A stretch of DNA of 22,020 nt from NCBI GenBank assembly GCA_048940645.1, contig JBHLOI010000033.1:1-22020 (forward strand), written 5' to 3'. Below the pieces are notes generated by a model. That model was given only the letters and a program-made list of their open reading frames with translations, was not told the DNA's origin and ran no database searches. Below, in pieces: positions 8,741-17,418 of this stretch; the first letter of the stretch is position 1, and the number at the start of each line of letters is the position of its first letter. A program made the position numbers and the translations under genes. This DNA is from Promethearchaeota archaeon. Its GTDB lineage: Archaea > Asgardarchaeota > Lokiarchaeia > Sigyniarchaeales > SOKP01.

Positions 8741-8820
8741 TCATAGTCAATATTGTAATTTTTGAAGTCATAGTCAATATTGTAATTTTTGAAGTCATAG
8801 TCAATATTGTAATTTTTGAA
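8741..8820 (+). repeat. Tandem repeat, 3 x 27 bp (tcatagtcaatattgtaatttttgaag)
   Basis: Copies at 8741-8767, 8768-8794 and 8795-8820 (the last lacks the final g); no spacers. Confidence 0.95.
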
Positions 8821-8992
8821 AAAACGGATTATACCAGCTTGATTCTTAATTATTTCCTACTAGCTAAAAAATTTCGAAAAAAACCTATCTATTTAGCTTT
8901 TTGGTATAATTGATTGTTTGATTTTTTAGCAAAAATTTTAATAATTAAATTGCTATGTCAATTGTGAGATTTAATTTTTCCTTAAAGATATA

Positions 8993-9769
8993 ATGCGAGG
9001 TACTTACAAAAGCGAAGTTAATATAATAATTAGTATTTCTGGTTTCTGGAATGATATAAATCAATTAAGAAAGTTAATTGATAATTCTACTAAATGTAAG
9101 TACTGGTTAATTGAAAATCATTTATTGCATAAAGAGGGAAAGGGAAAATTTATCTTTCATTTTGAGAATTATAAACATATATTAAATAGATACAATACTC
9201 ATACAGGTCTTAATCCATTGAAAAAACATGAAGAGAATAAAAATAATCAACACCACTCAACCTTATATCTCATGAGTAAAGGAGGATCTATAGAAAATGC
9301 TAAAAAAATAATGTTAGCTGCTAATTGTATCCTTAATGTTGGTGGATATGAGATTGGGATCGTAACTGCTGGAATAATACATAGCAAAGAAACTTGGAAA
9401 AAATTTATAGAAAATGATAGATTAATGGATTTTATCTTTGCCTTCGTAGAAACCATCCAAAATGTTGAAGAAAATTTTTATTTTACATGTGGAATGCATA
9501 ATTTGGGATATCCTGATGTTGTTGTTCCAGGTTACCTAGATTATAACCAAGCAAATTACTTGGCTAAAGCTTTCGCGTATTATTTAGTAGAATATAATCC
9601 TGTCCTCCTATCTGGTGGTAAGTTCCGAATCGATGAAAATTCACCTAATATATACAGATATACTTATGAGAAATGCCACATCTACGATAATTTTGATAAA
9701 AACATCTATTGGCTATGCCATAATCCATATGGGTTATGGAGATTAACAGAATCTAATTTATGGACTTAA
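8993..9769 (+). CDS. DUF4261-like protein
   Basis: FTCGMHNLGYPDV, AFAYYLVEYNPVL and C-terminal HNPYGLWRL motifs. Confidence 0.7.
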   Translation: MRGTYKSEVNIIISISGFWNDINQLRKLIDNSTKCKYWLIENHLLHKEGKGKFIFHFENYKHILNRYNTHTGLNPLKKHEENKNNQHHSTLYLMSKGGSIENAKKIMLAANCILNVGGYEIGIVTAGIIHSKETWKKFIENDRLMDFIFAFVETIQNVEENFYFTCGMHNLGYPDVVVPGYLDYNQANYLAKAFAYYLVEYNPVLLSGGKFRIDENSPNIYRYTYEKCHIYDNFDKNIYWLCHNPYGLWRLTESNLWT

Positions 9770-10014
9770 TCTTTAAAAATTTTAAAACGTCTTATAATTC
9801 TTAAAATAAAAAAATAATAGTAGATACATAGATATCTTAAGCTCAAGTTGCAGAATGGCAAACTCTAATTATCCCATTTGCTAATCGACGCAATTTCCAA
9901 AGTTATGATCATTAAAAATCTTAATAGACTTCCCAACTTTAATTCTTAGTTCATATTATAAGTAAGAAAAAAAAGTCAAAATTCCGCTTAAATGGAAATA
10001 AAGTATAATATTTT

Positions 10015-10329
10015 TTATGATGAGCCTGAGCTTCGTGAGGACATTAAATCTATTAAGGATTCGGATGTTATTACAGAATTACATTTTGAACAAGAGTGGA
10101 ATATTAGAGGTATGGCTCCAACTCGATCTAAATATCGATCAACAAATTTTAAACTATACTTTGCCATTCTTTTTAGCATCTTTCCCCCAAATGGGACAAC
10201 CTCGGCTTGAATTTCTATGAAACTCTCGTAACTTTTTAATAGATCATTTTTAAACTGGTCATTGATAGGTGTTGGGTTTATTTCGAGTTTTAATTCGAGT
10301 TCTTCTTTACAATACGGGCATTTTGGCAA
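10015..10329 (-). CDS. Small zinc-binding protein (CPYC...CSKC with a helical insert)
   Basis: Two CxxC pairs at the termini; TTG start with a GTGA RBS. Confidence 0.75.
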   Translation of the reverse strand: MPKCPYCKEELELKLEINPTPINDQFKNDLLKSYESFIEIQAEVVPFGGKMLKRMAKYSLKFVDRYLDRVGAIPLIFHSCSKCNSVITSESLIDLMSSRSSGSS

Positions 10330-10526
10330 TTTAAATCACATTTTTATTATTTTAATTATTGAATTTCTGCAATATAGTTAAACATTCTATTTAAAGGGTA
10401 GAGCAATCTCATTAATAAGGTAATTGAAATATATAAGATTTTAGCTCATTCATTTTTTTTTCTACCTTTAAATAGTAAAAAGAATAATAATTTAATATTA
10501 AAAATTGATTAAATGCAATGAAAAAT

Positions 10527-10532
10527 AGGTGA
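10527..10532 (+). promoter_or_regulatory. Shine-Dalgarno AGGTGA for a CTG start at 10541
   Basis: Archaeal-type SD 8 nt upstream of an in-frame CTG. Confidence 0.6.
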
Positions 10533-10540
10533 AATAGCCG

Positions 10541-12334
10541 CTGGTCGGCCCAATAAAAATATTATTAGTAGGTGAAGCAGCCGTTGGTAAGACAAGTTTA
10601 GTTCAGAAATTTGTCAAAAACAAATTTGCAGCTGATTATAAGCTTACTGTAGGTGTAGATATTCTAACTAAAGATGTGGAATTCAAACCTGGAGAAATAG
10701 TTACTTTAAGCATCTGGGATATCGGTGGACAACAAAGATTTGACTTTATTCGAGAAGCTTTTTATAAAGGAGCGACTGGGGCTCTAATAGTTTTTGATTT
10801 AACAAGAGAAGCGACATACACTGAAACAAGAAAATGGCTCTCTGATATTCGTCAAAGTGCGGGTAATATTCCATTCGCTTTAATCGGAAATAAAGAAGAT
10901 TTGCTTGAAGATGTTGGTGCAGTTATAAACCGAGACGAAGCTCGCTCTTTTGCAGAAAATGAGGGAAGCATTTATATAGAAACATCTGCGAAGACAGGTG
11001 TAAATGTTGAACATGCCTTTAGGGAATTAACTCGAAGAGGAATCGGGTATCGTGGACAAATTGGAGTTTTGGACATTAAAGATCATTATATTCAGCCTGA
11101 TAGTAAATGGTCGGATCTACTAATAGATTATAAGGATCAGATCAATTCACGAGTTAGAGAAATACTAAGTTCCTCAAAAGAACAAGATTTCCGATTTTTA
11201 ATTCTAGGAAATCCAGAAGTACAAAAATTCTTAATATCGAAATTATTAAGCGTAGAGGGAGTTGTCTGGCCCCCAGAATCTATTAATATTCTTTATAACA
11301 CATCAAGTTATAAAATGAATTTATACTCTAAAGATTGGAAATTTCAAGTTTTTTTCTTAAGCGATTTGAAAAAAATAAATGAAAATAAGGATATTTTTCT
11401 TAAGGCATGCGAAAAAGCTGATGGGGTTATTGTTTTTTACGACCCAAATACCCGAGAAGGTTTTAATAATGCCGCTGATATGTGTATTAGCCTAAGAAAT
11501 ATGTTTCCAGATTTAGAAATAATTTTAACTACAGGTTCAGAAGATTTCATTGCTCCATCCAATCTAGAATTAGAAAGATATGTAGAGTTAGAAAAATTAG
11601 AAGAAAAGTATCAAATCAACAATTATGATGATTATGAATCAATTCTTTCAGAGATCTTAATCAACGTCTTAAAACGAAAAAAGAAGATAAATAAAGAGAT
11701 TAAGCTTATGAAAAGCAAATTGAAAGAATTCCAAGACCAGCTTAGCGATCAAAAAGCCGAACCAGATAAAGTTAGAATGGAAATAAAGGAATTTTTAATT
11801 TCTATGGAGAAACCAGAAGAGATAATGGAAGCCAAAACAAAGGTTTATGGAAAAATTAAATCAGAACCATACACTCCCGCTGAAGAAAATGTGATCTTTA
11901 TTAGTTATAGTCATGCAGATAAAGATCCTTGGCTTAAGCGTTTACAGATATACCTGAAACCTCTTGAAAAAGAAGGAATAATTCGCAGATGGGATGATAC
12001 GCTCATTGAGCCGGGACAAAATTGGTTTAATGAAATAAAACGTGCTTTAACTTCAGCAAAAGTTGGTATCTTTTTAGTAAGCGCAGATTTCTTAGCTTCT
12101 GATTTTATTTCAGAAGAAGAGTTGCCAGATTTACTATATGCTGCTGAAAAGCGAGGAACAAAAATTATTCCTGTGATTATAAATCCTTGTAGATTTTTAA
12201 AAACGAAAGGCTTAGCAGATTTTCAAGCAGCCAATGATCCTATAAACCCATTGGTGAATTTAACAAAGGGTGAACAAGACGCTGTTTTTGAAATGGTTGC
12301 AAATCAGGTTGAAAAAATACTTTCAAAGAAATAA
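10541..12334 (+). CDS. Rab-like small GTPase / degenerate GTPase-like domain / coiled coil / TIR fusion protein (~597 aa)
   Basis: Extending in frame upstream of 10676 gives KILLVGEAAVGKTS (G1) and YKLTVGVD (G2). These are followed by WDIGGQQRF (G3), GNKED (G4) and ETSAK (G5). C-terminal IFISYSHAD...WDD..IEPG..W..EI...LVSADFLASDFISEEELP is a TIR_2-type domain (~11891-12331). Confidence 0.9.
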   Translation: MVGPIKILLVGEAAVGKTSLVQKFVKNKFAADYKLTVGVDILTKDVEFKPGEIVTLSIWDIGGQQRFDFIREAFYKGATGALIVFDLTREATYTETRKWLSDIRQSAGNIPFALIGNKEDLLEDVGAVINRDEARSFAENEGSIYIETSAKTGVNVEHAFRELTRRGIGYRGQIGVLDIKDHYIQPDSKWSDLLIDYKDQINSRVREILSSSKEQDFRFLILGNPEVQKFLISKLLSVEGVVWPPESINILYNTSSYKMNLYSKDWKFQVFFLSDLKKINENKDIFLKACEKADGVIVFYDPNTREGFNNAADMCISLRNMFPDLEIILTTGSEDFIAPSNLELERYVELEKLEEKYQINNYDDYESILSEILINVLKRKKKINKEIKLMKSKLKEFQDQLSDQKAEPDKVRMEIKEFLISMEKPEEIMEAKTKVYGKIKSEPYTPAEENVIFISYSHADKDPWLKRLQIYLKPLEKEGIIRRWDDTLIEPGQNWFNEIKRALTSAKVGIFLVSADFLASDFISEEELPDLLYAAEKRGTKIIPVIINPCRFLKTKGLADFQAANDPINPLVNLTKGEQDAVFEMVANQVEKILSKK

Positions 12335-12354
12335 TTATTATTAGGTTAAGTAAA

Positions 12355-14295
12355 ATGACGCTCCCTGACAAAATAATAAAAATTATCAATAAAATTCCCA
12401 AAAAACATGAGGTCTTGAGAAAACTTATAGAAAAAAATTATCAAGTTCTGAATTTGGATGAATTGGAGGCAATTGATTTCAATAAAAAGGAAATAACAAC
12501 TGATTTTTATACAACCATCGTAACAGAAATACTATCCGCTAACTCCGAAGCTTTAGAATTACTCAAGAACTTAAGTGTTTTGAATGTGCAAATAATAACT
12601 AATATTCACCGAAAAAGTGTTGAGAAGTCGTACGATATGCATAACATTCTAGACAAATTGAATTATTTGGTGGAAACGGGATTACTCATTTATAAAAGAG
12701 AGCAGAAAGAAATCCTTGAATTTACATCCATGTATGTTCAAAATGCGATATTAATTATTTCCGACAAAAAATGCCATGAAAACGCTGTAAAATATTACGA
12801 ACAAAAAAGTAAGTATTTTAAGGAAGACTACAATAATGTAATGGAGATTTTACAACATCAATCGGAAATTGCTATCGATGAAGTGCTTGCTATCGGATTT
12901 CTTGGAGTAAATAACACATTACGAGTTGCTGGTTTTGGACTTCAAAAGCTAATTTCAATTGGAGAGAAATTGATCGGTATGGAAGATAAATATAAAGCCC
13001 CGGTTTTGGTGGCACTTGGGAACCTTTATGCCGATTTGGGAAGACGGGAGGAAGCAGAAATTGCCTATCTTGACGCCTTAAATACTTACAAAGAATTGGC
13101 AGGAACTTATTACAAGATATATTTACCTTACGTTGCAACGGTTCACAATCGTCTCGGAAAATTATACGTGGATCTCAAGAGATTTGAGGAAGCGGAAAAA
13201 ATTTATCTTGAAACGTTAAAGCTTTATAAGGAGGTAGAAAAAAGCTATAATGATATTTTCTCACCTGATGAGGAAGATATAAAATTCCAAGGAAAGTTAG
13301 ATAAACCCGACTATCAGAAAATCGAGGTGGACCTACCCATCGATTTGGACCCTGAAAAACTATGCCAGGAAGCTTTTGAGGATTATAGGGAAATAGTGAA
13401 GGAGTATCATGATGTATTTTTACCCGATATCAATTCAAGCCAGGACGAGATTGGTCATGTGTACATCGATCTGGATCTCTTGGGAGAGAAAAAAGGGGCC
13501 GTTCTTGATGAGCCGACTCTAAAAAAACTATATGCAAAAACGTGTTACGACGGACATTTAGCTGATGTGGCTACAGTATATAGCAATTTAGGCTTAACCT
13601 ACATGGAAATGGCTCAGCATGGCGATGCTGAACGGATGCATCTTGAAGCTTTAAGAATTCGAGCTAAACTCGCCGAACAATACCCCGATAAGCATCTTCC
13701 TTTGCTTGCAATCATCCAAAACGACTTAGCAACCTTATACACACATTTATTTCGGAATCAAGATGCCGAGGAGATGTACCTGGATTGCTTGAAGACCAAG
13801 AAAGAACTTTCGGAGCGAAATCCGACCTTATATTTGCTCGATTATCTTGGAACACTAAATACTGTAGGACATTTTTATTTGGGGATCTATTATTACAATA
13901 AGGCAGAAAAGATGTATCTTGAAGCTTTAAAAGGTCTCGAAAAATTAACCAAAAAAGAGCAAAAACTCTATGCTACCAAAATAGCTCTCGTACAGAATAA
14001 TGTTGGAAATGCAAACCTCTTTTTAGGAGATTATGAAAAAGCAAAACATTATATTGATAAAGCATTAATGGGTTATCCTACCAATGGTGATATTCTCTAT
14101 AATTGTGCCTGCATAGAAGCTTTAAATAACAACAATGAAAAGGCTTTAGAATTATTGGGAAAAGCAATTGAAGCTAATAAAAAATTTAAAAAATGGGCCA
14201 AAACCGATAGGTTCTTAAAAAATGTTAAGGAATTGCCAGAATTTAAAAGGCTAATTGGAGAAAAAGTGCCTATCAAGAAGAACAAAACTAGTTAA
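12355..14295 (+). CDS. TPR protein with an N-terminal winged-helix-like region
   Basis: Long TPRs (VATVHNRLGKLYVDLKRFEEAEKIY; VATVYSNLGLTYMEMAQHGDAERMH) and a terminal YNCACIEAL...AKTDRFLKNV cap. It starts 20 nt after the TIR gene. Confidence 0.9.
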   Translation: MTLPDKIIKIINKIPKKHEVLRKLIEKNYQVLNLDELEAIDFNKKEITTDFYTTIVTEILSANSEALELLKNLSVLNVQIITNIHRKSVEKSYDMHNILDKLNYLVETGLLIYKREQKEILEFTSMYVQNAILIISDKKCHENAVKYYEQKSKYFKEDYNNVMEILQHQSEIAIDEVLAIGFLGVNNTLRVAGFGLQKLISIGEKLIGMEDKYKAPVLVALGNLYADLGRREEAEIAYLDALNTYKELAGTYYKIYLPYVATVHNRLGKLYVDLKRFEEAEKIYLETLKLYKEVEKSYNDIFSPDEEDIKFQGKLDKPDYQKIEVDLPIDLDPEKLCQEAFEDYREIVKEYHDVFLPDINSSQDEIGHVYIDLDLLGEKKGAVLDEPTLKKLYAKTCYDGHLADVATVYSNLGLTYMEMAQHGDAERMHLEALRIRAKLAEQYPDKHLPLLAIIQNDLATLYTHLFRNQDAEEMYLDCLKTKKELSERNPTLYLLDYLGTLNTVGHFYLGIYYYNKAEKMYLEALKGLEKLTKKEQKLYATKIALVQNNVGNANLFLGDYEKAKHYIDKALMGYPTNGDILYNCACIEALNNNNEKALELLGKAIEANKKFKKWAKTDRFLKNVKELPEFKRLIGEKVPIKKNKTS

Positions 14296-14447
14296 TCAAT
14301 TACTTATTTTTAAGAAATCGAAGTAATTTATAATTTTTACCCATCGTTGGTTTCACATTTGAATACCTAATAAAGCAATCAAAAAATTTTAATATGTGAA
14401 TTTTCTTTTTCATCACGGAATAAAATAATACGGGGGGAAATTTAATA

Positions 14448-15236
14448 ATGTCCAGCTCATATAAAATAAAGGTAGTAGCTGCTGGATGGGAACCAGCAAA
14501 AAAATATTTCTTTCAAAATTGTGATCGAAATCTAAATAGCTTCTTTGATGGGTGTTATATAACTGTAGGAGTTGCTATTAGAAGAATTTCTTATTCCGAC
14601 GAATTTGGAGATTGTTTATCTATGTATATTTGGGATATCAACAGTTCAGAAAGATTTCATTTTATTGTTCCCACTTTTTTTAGAGGTGCTGCTGCTTGCC
14701 TTTTATTTTATGATATATCAATTCCCCAAAGTTTTGAACAATTAAATCATTGGATACAACACATTAGAGCAAACCCTGGTTATGTTCCAATTTATATTGT
14801 TGCCTATAAATCTCAGATTAAGGAAAAAACTAATTTTGAAGAGATTAATGATTTTGTTGAAGCAAACGATATTAATGAGTTTTATCTTATGTCTATTCGA
14901 AAAGTATTTAGAGCCTCCCAAATATTTGATGATATTACTGCTCGAATATCTGAATATATCTTCTCTCACAAAGCTCAAATTCCAAAAATCTCTATTAATG
15001 ATCAGAACCTCTATAAGAAATTTATCTTAACTTTTTCAAGATGTCCAATTTGCCTTGCTAAAAACCATCAAAGCACTTTAAATAGAGTTTTTTTCTCTAA
15101 AGATACTCGTATGAAAAAATTTAAAGAAAAACTAATACAATTAATGAATTTCTCTGAAAATTTTGAAGATCATTACCTGAATAAAATTAAGATAGGAATC
15201 CCTTGTTGTTCTTGCCATAATAAGATATTTTCCTAA
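14448..15236 (+). CDS. Degenerate Rab-like GTPase (pseudoGTPase) with a C-terminal Cys4 Zn-binding domain
   Basis: YITVGV, IWDINSSERF, FFRGAAACLLFYDIS..SFEQLNHWI retain the Rab fold, but G1, G3 and G4 are degenerate. C-terminal CPIC...CCSC; G-rich RBS. Confidence 0.85.
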   Translation: MSSSYKIKVVAAGWEPAKKYFFQNCDRNLNSFFDGCYITVGVAIRRISYSDEFGDCLSMYIWDINSSERFHFIVPTFFRGAAACLLFYDISIPQSFEQLNHWIQHIRANPGYVPIYIVAYKSQIKEKTNFEEINDFVEANDINEFYLMSIRKVFRASQIFDDITARISEYIFSHKAQIPKISINDQNLYKKFILTFSRCPICLAKNHQSTLNRVFFSKDTRMKKFKEKLIQLMNFSENFEDHYLNKIKIGIPCCSCHNKIFS

Positions 15237-15279
15237 AGAAAGGTAATAATTTAGAAATAAAATAAAAAAAAATTAATGT

Positions 15280-15471
15280 TTATTTGTTATTCCTTCTAAT
15301 AATATAAGGGTATTTATCGATTAATTCAAATTCCTCAGGATATTTAAGTTTCCATCCACGCGATTTGAGAATTTTTTTCTTTATTTTTTGCGTATGAAGC
15401 ACTTTTCTACTGATTCGGTTTCGTGGATATTTTTGTTTTTTTCTTTTTTGCCTTTGATATATAATTGACAT
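15280..15471 (-). CDS. Small, very basic hypothetical protein
   Basis: 63-aa K/R-rich ORF with a GAGGTG element and a hairpin upstream. Confidence 0.45.
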   Translation of the reverse strand: MSIIYQRQKRKKQKYPRNRISRKVLHTQKIKKKILKSRGWKLKYPEEFELIDKYPYIIRRNNK

Positions 15472-16089
15472 GCTAATCCGTCATCCGAATTAGCCACCTC
15501 ATCTACTCTTTTTAAATCTTTTTCTTATTCTATTATTTAATTTTATTAAGTCTTGAATAATGACTACATATTGGGCTCATAATAAATAATGGATAAAAAA
15601 GTCTAATATAACTTTTCATAATACTTGATAATCTTCTTATTATAATTAAAAGTATTCTTCCATATCGTATTAATTATTTAATATCATCTATAGTACTTAA
15701 ATGTTTTGATTAGCCATTAGAAAAGTGTGTACATATATATAATTAACGTTATGATTCAATAATGCACTTTTTGTCACAAATCTCAAAAATCTTGCTCTAT
15801 TGAGGCACTATTTCCTATATCACTTATTGAGAATTTTGACTCAATGGCATGTATTTTCAAAAAGCGCGTAATAACCTACTCTTTACCGTAAAAAATTACT
15901 TAAAGAACCGTAAGTTAAAATCTCGTATGTAAATTTTCCAAAGTAGCCTTCGAGGGCTACAACTACATTATTGCCAATAGTATTGAAAAAAAAGTTTGTA
16001 TTTCATAGAAAACTGGTATTTTAAGTATAACAAAATTCAACACCTACTAAAATTAATAATATCAAGGATAACTAAATTTAAATATTTAC

Positions 16090-17040
16090 TTATAATCTTT
16101 TCTTTTTTCTTCTATTTAATAATAGCAAAGCTACTACTATTACTATTCCTCCACTAATACTTAAAATTGGAATAATCAATTCATAAGGAATCTCTCCACC
16201 ACCTAAATAAAGAGTGCAATAATTTTCACTAAATACATTTCCATGACAATTCTCTTCAATGATGCATTTATCATTTTTTAATAGAATGTTTCTCGAAACT
16301 GTGTTATAACTACTCCTCCGTAAAAATATTCCATACTGATTGTGATTTGCGGTACTTTCCAATAGATCATTATCATAACAATTGTCTAAATATATCCCAT
16401 AAGTATTGTTACTTGCTGTGTTTTTTATAAGATTATTGCCATTACTATAGATTAAATACATCCCATAATCATTATTATTTGCTGTGTTTCCCGATATCTC
16501 ATTAATATTACTATATGTTAATCGTATCCCTCCATTGTTTTTATTTAAGGTGTTTCCCAAAACTATGTTATAATTACTCCTCCATAAATATATCCCATAA
16601 TAAGTAGATGAACAATTATTGGCAACTAGCTGGGCATTCTCAACATCTGTTATTTTGATTCCCGCATTAGGAGATCCTCCAGAATTATATACCGTACAAT
16701 TTTCAATTTTAAAGTACACATCGGAATTTTGAATAAGGATGCAACTTTCCGAACCTCCGCCATCGATTTCTAAATCTTTTATGACATAAGGGTCGGAATA
16801 AGTACCCTGCCCCGTACAATTATCCGCATTTCTAAAAGCAACCCATCCTGAATTATTGATTATATGAATTTTTCCCGATATTTTTGAGCTTTTTAGATTT
16901 ATACTTTCTAAATTATTATTATCTATTTTTCCCGAATTCATTTGCCTATTTCCATCATTGAAGTTAATATTTATGTAATTAATAAGTGTTAAGGTGAAAA
17001 GGATTCCTAAAACTATAATAAAAATAAATTTAGGTTTCAT
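16090..17040 (-). CDS. Membrane-anchored right-handed beta-helix (NosD/CASH-like) surface protein, paralogue of 466-1569
   Basis: Signal peptide, CTGQGTYSDPYVI motif, YGIYLxxSNxNxIxxNTANNN repeats, C-terminal TM plus RRKKKR. Confidence 0.88.
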   Translation of the reverse strand: MKPKFIFIIVLGILFTLTLINYININFNDGNRQMNSGKIDNNNLESINLKSSKISGKIHIINNSGWVAFRNADNCTGQGTYSDPYVIKDLEIDGGGSESCILIQNSDVYFKIENCTVYNSGGSPNAGIKITDVENAQLVANNCSSTYYGIYLWRSNYNIVLGNTLNKNNGGIRLTYSNINEISGNTANNNDYGMYLIYSNGNNLIKNTASNNTYGIYLDNCYDNDLLESTANHNQYGIFLRRSSYNTVSRNILLKNDKCIIEENCHGNVFSENYCTLYLGGGEIPYELIIPILSISGGIVIVVALLLLNRRKKKRL

Positions 17041-17418
17041 AATTGCTTACTTGTCAATTGCTCATTAATAAGGAGGTTAATTTCCTTTATATATATTTCA
17101 ACTAATCGAAAGAAAGCACTCACAAATGGATTTACTCAATAAATTAACAAATATTGAATGATTAAATAAATCTTTTTAAAGCCATATATCATTTTTTATT
17201 TATATATTTTGTCCACAACTGATGGATCGGTTAAGCCGGCGCCAATATCTGTTACTGAAAGAATTGATTTTAATATCTTTATTGAAAAGATCAAGCGGAT
17301 TTTAAAAATGAATCTTATAATTTATAGTAAGGAAATTTTAAAATGAGGGAATCTTAATTGATTCAATTGAAAGCAGTTCTTCAAACATTTTAATTCTCTA
17401 GTACTAAATGTTTCAGAT

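Noticed and set aside
8741-8820. CRISPR array
   Set aside because: Repeats are head-to-tail with no spacers, and there are no cas genes in the window.
10529-10540. Pyrrolysine or amber readthrough start (GTG AAA TAG CCG...)
   Set aside because: The GTG is part of the SD-like AGGTGA. No pyl genes and no other convincing internal TAG are seen, so a CTG start is simpler.
10541-12334. Canonical Roco (LRR-Roc-COR) protein
   Set aside because: No LRR, G motifs are Rab-like (NKxD, ETSAK), and the middle region is short and GTPase-like rather than recognisably COR. Needs HHpred confirmation.
17221-17245. GC-rich patch ending in CCA as a tRNA or att fragment
   Set aside because: No GTTC T-loop or acceptor-stem pairing can be built.
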